Part shown: positions 39,469 through 49,022 of the stretch, one piece after another
How the letters are laid out: each line of letters starts with the position of its first letter
Numbering within the stretch: position 1 is the stretch's first letter
DNA from: Candidatus Omnitrophota bacterium
GTDB lineage: Bacteria; Omnitrophota; Gorgyraeia; Gygaellales; Profunditerraquicolaceae
Assembly (NCBI GenBank): GCA_028717245.1
Contig: JAQUOD010000001.1
Coordinates: 149,514 to 213,513 of the forward strand
DNA length: 64,000 bases
Direction: 5' to 3'
Notes under the pieces: generated by a model
Told to the model about the DNA's origin: nothing
Seen by the model: only the letters and a program-made list of their open reading frames with translations
Database searches by the model: none
Translations under genes and position numbers: made by a program

Positions 39469-40608
39469 TCATCTTTTATTTTTATCAAATTCAAGAATTG
39501 CGTCTATCACATACTGTATCTGGCGATCGGTTAACTCAACAAAGAAAGGTAACACCACATACTCCTGCCATATCCGCATAGCAATAGGGATTTGCACTTT
39601 GTAATTCTTATAAAGCGGATGCAGGGGTACTGGCATTGTATGAACACCCGTTGCTATGCCTTTGCGCTGCATAAAAATAATAAATTCGTCTCTTTTATTA
39701 ACCCGGACCATAAAGTCATAATAGGGGGTTGCTAAATCATACGGAAAGGCTGGTTTAACGCTGCTACAATCTTTGATGCCTTCTAAATACTGCTTAATAA
39801 TCTCTATCCTCCTATAATTCATATAATCCAGCTTCTTTAGCTGCGCCAAACCAATTGCAGCCGCGACATCATTCATATTGTATTTATATCCAAGGTCTTT
39901 AATTTCATAATACCAGTGATAGGCATCGGTTTTATCCTTATCCTGGACTTCTTTAAACCGCTGCCAAGTACCTGAACTCATACCGACCTGACGATTACCT
40001 CTGATTTTTTCTATCAATTCCTCGTTGTCCGAAGAAACCATTCCACCATCTCCGGTAGTCAGGCATTTTTTTTCTTCGAAACTAAAACAGTTTACATCTG
40101 CCCAGGTACCGAGCTTCTTACCCTTGTATTGACCTCCAGCGCAGTGTGCGCAGTCAGAAATAACTTTAAGATTGCGACTTCTGGCCCAAGGCATTAATTC
40201 ATCCATAGGAACGGGATGGCCTCCAAAATGTACAGGAATAATCGCTACACAATCATCGCTATATTTCCTTTTCATATCTTCAAGGTCCATCTGGAGGGTC
40301 TCTTCTTCAACATCTACAAATAGAGGTATAAGATTATTATAAAGAGCGGCATTTGCAGTCGAAATAAAGGTCATAGCGGGAACAAACACTTTTTTACCTT
40401 TGGGAAATTTATAAGCCCAGAGCGCTAAGTGTAACGCGGCCGTACCTGAATTTACGGCAACAGAAGCCCTGCAGCCAAGGTATTTACTCCAAGCTATTTC
40501 AAATTCTGCTACTTTAGGGCCATTACCCAACCACGCCCTCTTAAAAATATCTTTGATGTTCTGTAATTCTTGTCTGCCAACGTATGGTTTTACCAGTCTG
40601 ATTTTCAT
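39469..40608 (-). CDS. DegT/DnrJ/EryC1/StrS-family PLP sugar aminotransferase
   Basis: The motifs VISDCAHCAGGQYKGK and FSFEEKKCLTTGDGGM (PLP-lysine region) are present. The length is 379 aa. Confidence 0.9.
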   Translation of the reverse strand: MKIRLVKPYVGRQELQNIKDIFKRAWLGNGPKVAEFEIAWSKYLGCRASVAVNSGTAALHLALWAYKFPKGKKVFVPAMTFISTANAALYNNLIPLFVDVEEETLQMDLEDMKRKYSDDCVAIIPVHFGGHPVPMDELMPWARSRNLKVISDCAHCAGGQYKGKKLGTWADVNCFSFEEKKCLTTGDGGMVSSDNEELIEKIRGNRQVGMSSGTWQRFKEVQDKDKTDAYHWYYEIKDLGYKYNMNDVAAAIGLAQLKKLDYMNYRRIEIIKQYLEGIKDCSSVKPAFPYDLATPYYDFMVRVNKRDEFIIFMQRKGIATGVHTMPVPLHPLYKNYKVQIPIAMRIWQEYVVLPFFVELTDRQIQYVIDAILEFDKNKR

Positions 40609-40647
40609 AGTAACCTTATCTGTTTACTATATTAACTTATTGCATCT

Positions 40648-41211
40648 TTAGAGACTTATTGATCCATAGGTTTTAATAAATTCTTTAAAACTCTTTGCAG
40701 CTGTGTCTCTTTCGGATATAATATGGTTTCTATTTAAAGGCCAATCGATATCTAAATCCAGATCATTCCATTTAATAATACCTTGGCTTTCAGGATTATG
40801 GTAATTATCCATTTTATATAAAACAACGCAACGGTTAGTTAATGAACACATCCCGAGAGCAAAGCCCCGCGGAACATACAACATTTTCTTATTATCTGCT
40901 GAAAGAATTATGCCTTCCCATTCGCCAAAAGTAGAAGATTTTTTTCTTAAATCCACAAATACCTTAAACACTTTTCCCTGCACAACTCGAATAAGCTTGG
41001 TCTCTGAATACGGAGGAAATTGAAAATGCAGTCCTCTTATCGTACCTTTTTTCTTAGAATAAGAATGATTTTCCTGAACCCACTTTCGTTGTAACCCATA
41101 TTTCTTAAACACCTTTTCATCATATGTCCTCATAAAGAACCCCCGCCGGTCTTTTTGAGGTTCTAGTTCAATTTCAAACACTCCCTTGATTTCTTTTTCT
41201 TTTATCAACAT
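40648..41211 (-). CDS. RmlC-like cupin (nucleotide-sugar 3,5-epimerase or keto-isomerase)
   Basis: The motif GVFEIELEPQKDRRGFFMRTY...RGLHFQ is typical of dTDP-4-dehydrorhamnose 3,5-epimerase-like proteins. The length is 187 aa. Confidence 0.75.
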   Translation of the reverse strand: MLIKEKEIKGVFEIELEPQKDRRGFFMRTYDEKVFKKYGLQRKWVQENHSYSKKKGTIRGLHFQFPPYSETKLIRVVQGKVFKVFVDLRKKSSTFGEWEGIILSADNKKMLYVPRGFALGMCSLTNRCVVLYKMDNYHNPESQGIIKWNDLDLDIDWPLNRNHIISERDTAAKSFKEFIKTYGSISL

Positions 41212-41234
41212 ATTATTAGCTATTATCTTACAGA

Positions 41235-42215
41235 TTAATCATTAACATAAATTATCTTACTCCCTTGCGGTTCAAATGCAAAAGAGACTTCTTTTAAATT
41301 TGATAAAGCCTTTCGGACGTTATCCTGCTTATCTTCTTCGCAATAAAATAATAAGAAGCCGCCCCCACCAGAACCCAGAATTTTTCCACCCTCGGCTCCA
41401 GCATCTATCGCTTCTTCATAATAAGAATTTATTAAAGGATTTGTAATATTGCTTGCTAACTTTTTTTTAAGCCCCCATCCCTTATTTAAAATATTTCCGA
41501 ATTCCGAAAGGCGATTACTCTCCAATGCCGCTCGTAGTTCCTTAGACAACCCCACCATTTCCCTTAGGATATGGGAATTATTCTTAATATTTCTTTTCTG
41601 CTCTGTTAATACGCTATCCGACCGGCTATTAATAGCTGTATAGAATAAAAGTAAGTTTTTATTGAGCTCCACTTTTGTCTCATTTTTGAAAATAATCGGA
41701 TCTATAAATACGCTTTGATCAGTATTAAATTGTATATGATTAAAACCGCCATAGGCAGCAGCATACTGGTCCTGTTTTCCAATGGGATGGCCGAGAACAT
41801 CTATTTCAATCTCGCACGCCTCCCTAGCTAACGTCTCAGCAGATACATGCTCTCCCTTGTAAGCGTGAAGTGCATTCAAGGTCCCAACAGTCAGGCTACT
41901 CGATGCCCCTAAACCTGACCCCTCGTGAGCAGGTAACATATCGGACATATAAACAATATCTATACCCTTGGTAATTCCGACCAATCGTAAGGCCTCCCTC
42001 ACAAGGTTATGCTCAATTTTGTCTATATTATCGACGTACTCAATTTTTGAATAACCGACTCGAATACCATCATCAAATTTTTTATTTACTGTTATGTATA
42101 TATACTTATTTATGGCCGTACTCACTACGGCACCGGAATTCTGCTGATAATATTCCTTGAAGTCGGAGCCGCCTCCCACAAAACTCATTCTTAATGGCGT
42201 TCTAGAAATAATCAT
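41235..42215 (-). CDS. GHMP-family sugar kinase (HddA-like heptose-7-phosphate/sugar-1-kinase candidate)
   Basis: The GHMP ATP-binding motif PAHEGSGLGASSSLTVG is present. The length is 326 aa. Confidence 0.8.
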   Translation of the reverse strand: MIISRTPLRMSFVGGGSDFKEYYQQNSGAVVSTAINKYIYITVNKKFDDGIRVGYSKIEYVDNIDKIEHNLVREALRLVGITKGIDIVYMSDMLPAHEGSGLGASSSLTVGTLNALHAYKGEHVSAETLAREACEIEIDVLGHPIGKQDQYAAAYGGFNHIQFNTDQSVFIDPIIFKNETKVELNKNLLLFYTAINSRSDSVLTEQKRNIKNNSHILREMVGLSKELRAALESNRLSEFGNILNKGWGLKKKLASNITNPLINSYYEEAIDAGAEGGKILGSGGGGFLLFYCEEDKQDNVRKALSNLKEVSFAFEPQGSKIIYVND

Positions 42216-42227
42216 TTTAAGAATTAT

Positions 42228-43469
42228 TTAATTAACTTTTAATAAATATGGCTTTTTGGGAAAAGGGATCAAATAATCCCTCTTATATCCATTTAGCTGG
42301 CAATCTGCAATTATTTCATCTTTAAAATTCCAGGCTAATATAAATAGCAGATCGGGTTTGATTCTAAGCCCCTCCTCTATTGACAGTATCGGGATTGAAG
42401 AACCGGGGGAATAAAGCCCTTGTTTTAATCTATTGTTATCAATTATTGCTCGAATATCAGAATTTGTAAAACCGCAAAAGTTTAAATAAGTAGCGCTTCT
42501 CGCCGAAGCCCCGAAACCTACTATTGCTTTACCGCGAAATGCTTTTATTATCTTCCTCGATTCTTTTCTGTGCTTTTTGCATTTGTCTGCAAAGTTTTGC
42601 CAAGATTTTAATTTATTTACCGATAGTCTCTTTTCTTTATCCACCAACTGATTATATCTTAAACTCTTTTTCCGCTTATTCTTTGAGAAATACATCACAT
42701 AGGAACCGCCGCTGATAGGACTGAGGTCAATACGAAACGGAAATAAATTGAATTTATTAAGTAAATACTCCATAGTCTTAATTGAAAAATAACACAGGTG
42801 TTCATGGTATATTGAATCGTAATGTAAATCCTGCAGGATTTTTCCAGCGTAATGAAACTCAATAATGCCTATCCCGTCTTTTGCCAGACATCTGTGGATA
42901 CTGCGAATCACATCAGTAAGGTCGCTGACATGCGGAATAACATTCCTGGCAATAACTACTTTTGCTTCGCCGTAATTAGATTTTATTTGACCCGCCATCT
43001 TATGATCCCAATATCTATTTAGTGTTTCTATCCCGGACTTTTTAGATAACCCGGCAATATTTTTTGCGGGCTCAATCCCTAATACCCTATATCCTCCTTT
43101 TACAAAAGGCTTAAGAAAAGTGCCATCGTTAGAGGCAATCTCTACAATTAGCTCCTCTGGTTTAGCTTTTGTTAACCCAATTGTTCTTTTATAAAAAGTT
43201 TCTGCGTACTTTTGGGTTGTTTCAGATATTCCGGTAACCCAAACATAATTATTAAACAAAATTTCCTTCTTCAGTGTTTCTTTTAATTGAACCAATGAAC
43301 AGTTTGGACAAAAAACTAATGTTAAAGGATATCTCCTTTCTAAATCGCTAATCCTTTTTTTAAATGAATTAGCCAAGGGTTGATTACCCAAAAAAAGCAA
43401 AGGAACAATATCTTTAGACCCGCAAATCCTACAATTCTTAATCCGCTTGTATTCTTTATCTAGAGCCAT
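42228..43469 (-). CDS. NDP-sugar C-methyltransferase-like class I SAM methyltransferase with an N-terminal zinc-ribbon and a C-terminal C-methyltransferase domain
   Basis: The N-terminus is CRICGSKDIV...CPNCSLVQ (4-Cys). A central class I domain follows. The 413-aa length and architecture match TylC3/EvaC-type sugar C-methyltransferases. Confidence 0.65.
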   Translation of the reverse strand: MALDKEYKRIKNCRICGSKDIVPLLFLGNQPLANSFKKRISDLERRYPLTLVFCPNCSLVQLKETLKKEILFNNYVWVTGISETTQKYAETFYKRTIGLTKAKPEELIVEIASNDGTFLKPFVKGGYRVLGIEPAKNIAGLSKKSGIETLNRYWDHKMAGQIKSNYGEAKVVIARNVIPHVSDLTDVIRSIHRCLAKDGIGIIEFHYAGKILQDLHYDSIYHEHLCYFSIKTMEYLLNKFNLFPFRIDLSPISGGSYVMYFSKNKRKKSLRYNQLVDKEKRLSVNKLKSWQNFADKCKKHRKESRKIIKAFRGKAIVGFGASARSATYLNFCGFTNSDIRAIIDNNRLKQGLYSPGSSIPILSIEEGLRIKPDLLFILAWNFKDEIIADCQLNGYKRDYLIPFPKKPYLLKVN

Positions 43470-44499
43470 TTAACCAGTTTAAATTCTTATCTATCTTTTT
43501 TTCTCTAAGAAGATATTCCATCTGCTTAAGCCTATTACAGGCTTTTCCTCTGAATTGCTGCTCGCTAAAATTATTTTTCTTAAAAAACTCAATGAGCTCC
43601 TTGCCTCCTTTATCTAAATCGCATTCTGGATAAAAATATTCGCCTAAGACATTAAATATTTTCTTAAAACTTATTTTATAAGTTCGCGCATCCGTTCCGT
43701 GCTCACCGGTGAATACCAGGGTACTACCGGGAACAACCTGTTGCGCTGCCTCAGCGAGCTGACGGATAGTAAAGTTGCCGTTCTTAATCCCGATATTAAA
43801 GGACTCGCCTGAGATTAAATGCTGGGGTGCCCTTAACCCAGCGATGAATGCCTGTGACGCATCCCTTACGTGAATGACAGGCCGCCAAGGGGTCCCGTCA
43901 CTTTTAATTTCAATTTTACCCGTAGTATATGCGCAGGCAACCAGGTTATTGAATACGATATCGCAACGAAACCTGGGGCTAGGGCCAAATACAGTAGAAG
44001 GGCGCATGCAAACTACCGTAAAATCACTGGAATTCAAATTTTTTAATTCACATTCGGCATCCCATTTGGTTCTGGCATAAGCAGTTAAAGGGTTCTTCGT
44101 ACTTTTATCCTCATCTAACTCTTCATCCGTATTAGAGATACCATACATACTCTGAGATGAAGCATAGACAAACCTTTTAATGCCTGCTTTTTTTGCGTAA
44201 TTAGCTAATTTCATTGTCCCTTTAAAATTTATCTCTTCTGTCAGGTACGGATCCAACTGGCCCAGGGGGTCATTAGAAAGTGCTGCTAAATGGATTATCG
44301 CATCTATCCCATCTAAATCTTCAGTGCTTACATCCCGGATATCCTTTTTTTTCTGTTTTATCGGCTGATGCAATGCGCAGATTTCAGAGCCGGCATAATA
44401 ATCCGTATCATATCCGGTAACGTTATATCCAAGCCCCAATAGCATTTCTGTTAATACTGCTCCGATATAGCCCCTATTACCGGTTACCAAGATATTCAT
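43456..44499 (-). CDS. NAD-dependent nucleotide-sugar epimerase/dehydratase (extended SDR)
   Basis: The sequence has ILVTGNRGYIGAVL and the YARTK YxxxK motif. The length is 347 aa. Confidence 0.8.
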   Translation of the reverse strand: MNILVTGNRGYIGAVLTEMLLGLGYNVTGYDTDYYAGSEICALHQPIKQKKKDIRDVSTEDLDGIDAIIHLAALSNDPLGQLDPYLTEEINFKGTMKLANYAKKAGIKRFVYASSQSMYGISNTDEELDEDKSTKNPLTAYARTKWDAECELKNLNSSDFTVVCMRPSTVFGPSPRFRCDIVFNNLVACAYTTGKIEIKSDGTPWRPVIHVRDASQAFIAGLRAPQHLISGESFNIGIKNGNFTIRQLAEAAQQVVPGSTLVFTGEHGTDARTYKISFKKIFNVLGEYFYPECDLDKGGKELIEFFKKNNFSEQQFRGKACNRLKQMEYLLREKKIDKNLNWLNGSR

Positions 44500-44508
44500 C
44501 TACAAGCT

Positions 44509-44516
44509 CCCCCCCC
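44509..44516. repeat. Homopolymeric C8/G8 tract. It lies on the minus strand in the Shine-Dalgarno position of the CDS at 43456-44499.
   Basis: The minus-strand read is ...AATGGGGGGGGAGCTTGTAG-ATG. G8 is unusual in sequence of about 35% GC. Confidence 0.85.
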
Positions 44517-44531
44517 ATTAGAAACATTATT

Positions 44532-45077
44532 TTATTTATAGTCTTTTGCTATAGCTATTTTTTCAACTACAGCAGTCAACCAGATATTATGAACCGACTC
44601 TACGATATTATAAACCTTACTATCAACCCAGAAATTAATATCCCCCATCTTTCTCAAGGGATTATCGGCATTAAACCCGGATAAGGTAATCAGGTTAGCT
44701 CCCAGTTTTTTAGCTTTCTGCGCCGCATTAATAATATTCTGGGATTCTCCGCTGCTACTTATCAAAATTACGGCGTCGTCCTTATCCGCGTAACATTCAA
44801 TAGCCCGCTCCAGCCATTTCTCGTACCCATAATCATTGGCAAAACAAGTAATCAAATCCGCCTCATTAAAGTTTACTGAACGCACCTTGGCATTTTTAGT
44901 CAAATCAACGGATATGTGGCTGGCTATCGCTGCGCTCGCCCCGTTACCGGATATTATTACTTTCTTTCCTCTTTTATTTACGCTTAATATTAAATCAACG
45001 GTCTTATTTAAAAGCCCGGTATCTACACTATTTAATCCCTGGTTAATTTGATTAAAATAATCCTTAAAAAAGTCCAT
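44532..45077 (-). CDS. SIS-domain sugar-phosphate isomerase (GmhA-like sedoheptulose-7-phosphate isomerase)
   Basis: The motifs VIISGNGASAAIASHISVDL and ILISSSGESQNIINAA are typical of GmhA. I place the start at the internal ATG (45077) to avoid an 83-nt overlap. Confidence 0.75.
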   Translation of the reverse strand: MDFFKDYFNQINQGLNSVDTGLLNKTVDLILSVNKRGKKVIISGNGASAAIASHISVDLTKNAKVRSVNFNEADLITCFANDYGYEKWLERAIECYADKDDAVILISSSGESQNIINAAQKAKKLGANLITLSGFNADNPLRKMGDINFWVDSKVYNIVESVHNIWLTAVVEKIAIAKDYK

Positions 45078-45081
45078 CTGC

Positions 45082-45837
45082 TCACCGTCCTTTAAAATAA
45101 TTATTGGGAATAGACTCAAAGCCTCTTTCGGCAACTGCCGATTCAAAATTTTTAAGGCTATCAAGATTAGTAATATAGTAGTATTGTTTATCGGTAAGAT
45201 AGGCCGTAAGCTGCTTTTTTAAAATCAGCCGGGGAAGGATATGCTCTTCAAAGGATATATTTTCATTTATGCCAAGGTTTAAAATATTTTTATTCACAAT
45301 AAAATAACCGATATCAACACCATTGAGGCCGCTGGATTTTCTGCTCTTATTATAAGCCCTGACAAGTTTATCTTTTCCTACGCTGATATTATTTTCATAA
45401 CCGTATTCTCCGGTTCCTCTTTTATTGGTAAATACGGTTGTCAGGACTTTGGTCTTTTTTTCATCGTATAAATTCAACATCTGCTTCAATTCCATCGGCC
45501 AATAATTATCACCGTAAAGAAGTAAAAAATAATTATCCAATAAGCGGCGGGCGTTCAATAGCCTCCTGCCGGTCTGGTCTTCGGCTCTTCCGGGAAAACA
45601 TTCGATTTCTATTCCTTCATGGGCCAATTTCTCGTATCTTTTAATAATAGCCTCTCCCTTATAACCCGTTAATATCAAAATATGCTTAATCCCGGCCTGG
45701 ATTACGGAATTAATCAGGTAATCCAAAAACGGGGCTCCATTAACAGCAACTAAAGGCTTGGGGATTTCATCCGTTAACGGCCTTAATCTTTCTCCTCTGC
45801 CGCCGGCTAATACAACAGCTTGATTTAACTTAATCAT
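45082..45837 (-). CDS. Sugar-1-phosphate nucleotidyltransferase (HddC/GmhD-like)
   Basis: The motif AVVLAGGRGERLRPLTDEIPKPLV is the G-loop of NTP-transferases. I place the start at the internal ATG (45837). Confidence 0.75.
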   Translation of the reverse strand: MIKLNQAVVLAGGRGERLRPLTDEIPKPLVAVNGAPFLDYLINSVIQAGIKHILILTGYKGEAIIKRYEKLAHEGIEIECFPGRAEDQTGRRLLNARRLLDNYFLLLYGDNYWPMELKQMLNLYDEKKTKVLTTVFTNKRGTGEYGYENNISVGKDKLVRAYNKSRKSSGLNGVDIGYFIVNKNILNLGINENISFEEHILPRLILKKQLTAYLTDKQYYYITNLDSLKNFESAVAERGFESIPNNYFKGR

Positions 45838-46531
45838 ATCCCTTAAAAAATTCTGCCAGCTTAAGATGAAAATTATCATCAATGTCTATGGACCTTTCTT
45901 TAGGCATTACATAAGCAAAGGTCTTGTTTCCCATAAACCCTTTTTGGCGTATTATATAATCACAAAAACCCACATAAACTGCTCCATTAAGCCGATAAAA
46001 TAACGGTAATTCCTGCCTATTCTTATTTCTAGCCTTGGGATTAATAAAGCCTTTCATGCATCCATTCTTTGGTAATGTATTTGTCCAGTTTAGAGGGTAA
46101 TCTATTCCGCATACCGAAACTATGGCTTTTGCGTTCTTTGAAAAAAGAAACCTTATCGCTCCATCGATATCTTTGGTTGACCTTAAGGGAGATGTCGGCT
46201 GCAACAGAATAAGCAAGTCATAAACTTTCTGGCCATTCTTTTTTAACCATTTCAATGTATGTAGAATATAATCAATGGCTTTGCTGTTATCTACTGCGAA
46301 CTTTCCGGGCCTGAAGAACGGCACCTCGGCTCCGTATTTTTTAGAGATATCAGCTATTTCTTTATCTTCAGTTGAAACAATAATTCTATCTATGTATTTG
46401 CTTTTTCTTGCTTCTTCTATCGTCCACGCAATCAAGGGCTTTCCGGATAGAGGTTTTATATTTTTTCGCAAAACCCCCTTACTTGCGCCTCTAGCAGGAA
46501 TTAAAGCCAATATTTTCTTTCCTTTATACAT
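45830..46531 (-). CDS. Acylneuraminate cytidylyltransferase-family CMP-sugar synthetase (NeuA/LegF-like)
   Basis: The motifs ILALIPARGASKGVLRKNIKPLSGKPLI and LQPTSPLR are present. The length is 233 aa. Confidence 0.8.
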   Translation of the reverse strand: MYKGKKILALIPARGASKGVLRKNIKPLSGKPLIAWTIEEARKSKYIDRIIVSTEDKEIADISKKYGAEVPFFRPGKFAVDNSKAIDYILHTLKWLKKNGQKVYDLLILLQPTSPLRSTKDIDGAIRFLFSKNAKAIVSVCGIDYPLNWTNTLPKNGCMKGFINPKARNKNRQELPLFYRLNGAVYVGFCDYIIRQKGFMGNKTFAYVMPKERSIDIDDNFHLKLAEFFKGYD

Positions 46532-46545
46532 TTGCCTAAAATTTC

Positions 46546-47625
46546 CTATTCTATAATTTTTAACTTCTCAATTGCCTTTTTATATTCTTCCCAATGCCCG
46601 ATATCGATATATTCGCTTTCGTTGACCGGATAAGTTATAACCTTCTTATTATTTTCAATTAAAGTTTTTATTAAATCAGTCATATCAAAATATGAATTTT
46701 TAGGAATAAACCGCAGGGATTCTTTATTTAATATATAAACTCCCGTATTAATCGTGAAGGTATACTCCGGTTTCTCAATGGTTTCCGTAACCTCTCCCCC
46801 CTCTTTAAATCTTATCACGCCATATGGGACCTTATAATGTTGTATGGAGGATAAGATTGTCAGTAGCGCTTTTTGTTCTTTATGCAAATTCAATACTTCT
46901 TCGAAGTTCGCTTCAACGATTACATCACAATTTGAAAGAATAAAATTATCGCAGATCTTTCCTTCCATAAGTTTCAGGCTGGCTGCGGTCCCCGAATATT
47001 CGCTGTCCCAGACATAATGCACGGCATAATCTTTTTCTATGCTGTCAAAATACGATTCTATCATTTTGCCTTTATAATTTAAGGTCAGGTAATATTCATT
47101 AATCCCACTCCTGCGGAATTTATCTATGATAATCTCAATAATCGGTTTCTCGCCGATAGGAATCAGGGCCTTAGGGAAAATATTGCTAAACGGCTCCAGC
47201 CGCGTACCCTTGCCTCCGGCCATAATCACTGCGGGGACGCTGACTTTACCGATATTGAAAAGCCCCTGGCTGCCGTCAGAGAACGCCTTATCCCAGGTTA
47301 TAAAATCTATTACCCGCTCTGCCTTATCTGTTATCGGGATAAGATCTATTTTATTTTTGATGAACATTTCCCTCGCTTCTTCTATGGAGAAGGCATCTTG
47401 ATTTATAAATATCGGCTTCTTATTATAGATATCCCTGATATTTCCTTCCAGGCTTTTGCCCTTTAATATATACCGCCTGATATCACCATCGGTGATTGTG
47501 CCCAGCAGCTTGTCTTTCTTGTCTACTACCGACAGGACTTTCGTTGCAGTCTTATCTAATTTCTTTAAGGCATCTTTTATAGACTCATCCTCTTGGATTA
47601 AGATATTTTTCGTTAACATACGCAT
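46546..47625 (-). CDS. CBS-pair domain fused to a sugar-1-phosphate nucleotidyltransferase (PtmE-like)
   Basis: An N-terminal tandem CBS region (...GTITDGDIRR...) is followed by the NTP-transferase G-loop VIMAGGKGTRLEPFSNIFPKALIPI. The length is 359 aa. Confidence 0.7.
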   Translation of the reverse strand: MRMLTKNILIQEDESIKDALKKLDKTATKVLSVVDKKDKLLGTITDGDIRRYILKGKSLEGNIRDIYNKKPIFINQDAFSIEEAREMFIKNKIDLIPITDKAERVIDFITWDKAFSDGSQGLFNIGKVSVPAVIMAGGKGTRLEPFSNIFPKALIPIGEKPIIEIIIDKFRRSGINEYYLTLNYKGKMIESYFDSIEKDYAVHYVWDSEYSGTAASLKLMEGKICDNFILSNCDVIVEANFEEVLNLHKEQKALLTILSSIQHYKVPYGVIRFKEGGEVTETIEKPEYTFTINTGVYILNKESLRFIPKNSYFDMTDLIKTLIENNKKVITYPVNESEYIDIGHWEEYKKAIEKLKIIE

Positions 47626-47633
47626 CTCCTCTA

Positions 47634-49022
47634 TTAAAGGTGCCGAAAGCCCCTAAAATTAACGTCTCTGTCTATATGCAGTTTCCTATTTTGCTCCATT
47701 GCCTCGCTAAGTTTCTTTTGGAAATAAAACTCTAATAACCTGTTATTCGCCTCATATAAACAGCGGTAAAATTCATCGTCGCTCATATCCGTAAAATTTA
47801 CCGCTAATAAGTCCGTATTGAGATGCTTATTTTCGTAAAAATCTTCGCAGTCCTTAATCAGGCCTTTTTCAATGGCATAATAATAGAGGGGGCTGCCCGG
47901 ATAAGGCGTTACCGGACGGATAGTCCGCATTTGAGCCCCGTCGCTATATTTCAATAAAAATTCAACTCCCTTTTTTAAGGTTTCCTGATTATCGCCGATA
48001 TTACCAAAAATTATATTTAAGCCTGGGCTTATCCCGGATTTTAGCGTAGCCTCAACCCCCCTGATTATCTGGTCAGTCGTCAATCCCTTATGCATATTCT
48101 TTAAAACATCATTATCCATCGCTTCGATACCATAGTTTATGAATACGCACCCGGCTCTTTTCATTAAATTCAGCACTTCGGGTGTGGCATAATTTAACCT
48201 GCCGTTACAAGACCACTTTACTCCCACATTATCCCTTATGAAATCTTCGCATAAGCGCATTGTCCTTTCTTTAGAGGACATGAGCAGTTCGTCGGAAAAC
48301 GCAATATAAGTTATGCCGTACATTCTTTTTAAAAACATGATTTCATCAATAATGCCTTTGCTGCTGCGCGACCTGAATCCCGTATCCATGCGGTAACAAA
48401 ATGTGCATTTAAAAGTGCATCCCCTGCCGGATAGTACAGATATAACAAAATCCGTTCTGGAGGCATTGGGCATTCTCGCCAAACGGTAATAATCCATGGG
48501 AAAAAGCTCATAGGCCGGAAAGGGTATTTTATCTATATCTTCTATCAGGGGCCTCCTCTCATTAATCACCGCCTTATCCCCGTCTAAATACGCTATCCCC
48601 TTAATCTTGGATAAAGACTGTTGATGCCTAACTGCATCAAGCAACTCCACAACGGTTATTTCTCCCTCGCCGATAACAACGGCATCCGCCTTGGTTTTCT
48701 TAAGGTAAAATTCCGGCTCAGGCGAGGGGCCGTGGCCGCCGATAATGTAAAATGGCCGGTTTACCGAGTTGTTTATTGCCTGCGAAAGGCCTAAAAGTTT
48801 CCTATACTGGTAATATCCGCCTACAATACCCAAGCCGATGATATCAAATTTATTCTGGTCCAAGTATTCGGTAAGGTGGCTGTCCGGATAATGGAATTTA
48901 TCCTGGTTGTATATTTTAACTTCGTGCCCTTCTTTTATGAGTACCGCGGCAATATAAGCTAAGCCTTGCGGCAGCCTATGCATATATGAATCGTCATCGT
49001 AAGCTACTAATAATACTTTCAT
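47634..49022 (-). CDS. B12-binding domain radical SAM protein, paralog 5 of 6. It is a close paralog of 57716-59098.
   Basis: The radical SAM motif is GCTFKCTFCYR. The N- and C-termini are alignable by eye with 57716-59098 (MKVLLVAYDDDS.../...NFRGFRHL versus MKILFVLYDNES.../...SFRGTRH). Confidence 0.8.
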   Translation of the reverse strand: MKVLLVAYDDDSYMHRLPQGLAYIAAVLIKEGHEVKIYNQDKFHYPDSHLTEYLDQNKFDIIGLGIVGGYYQYRKLLGLSQAINNSVNRPFYIIGGHGPSPEPEFYLKKTKADAVVIGEGEITVVELLDAVRHQQSLSKIKGIAYLDGDKAVINERRPLIEDIDKIPFPAYELFPMDYYRLARMPNASRTDFVISVLSGRGCTFKCTFCYRMDTGFRSRSSKGIIDEIMFLKRMYGITYIAFSDELLMSSKERTMRLCEDFIRDNVGVKWSCNGRLNYATPEVLNLMKRAGCVFINYGIEAMDNDVLKNMHKGLTTDQIIRGVEATLKSGISPGLNIIFGNIGDNQETLKKGVEFLLKYSDGAQMRTIRPVTPYPGSPLYYYAIEKGLIKDCEDFYENKHLNTDLLAVNFTDMSDDEFYRCLYEANNRLLEFYFQKKLSEAMEQNRKLHIDRDVNFRGFRHL

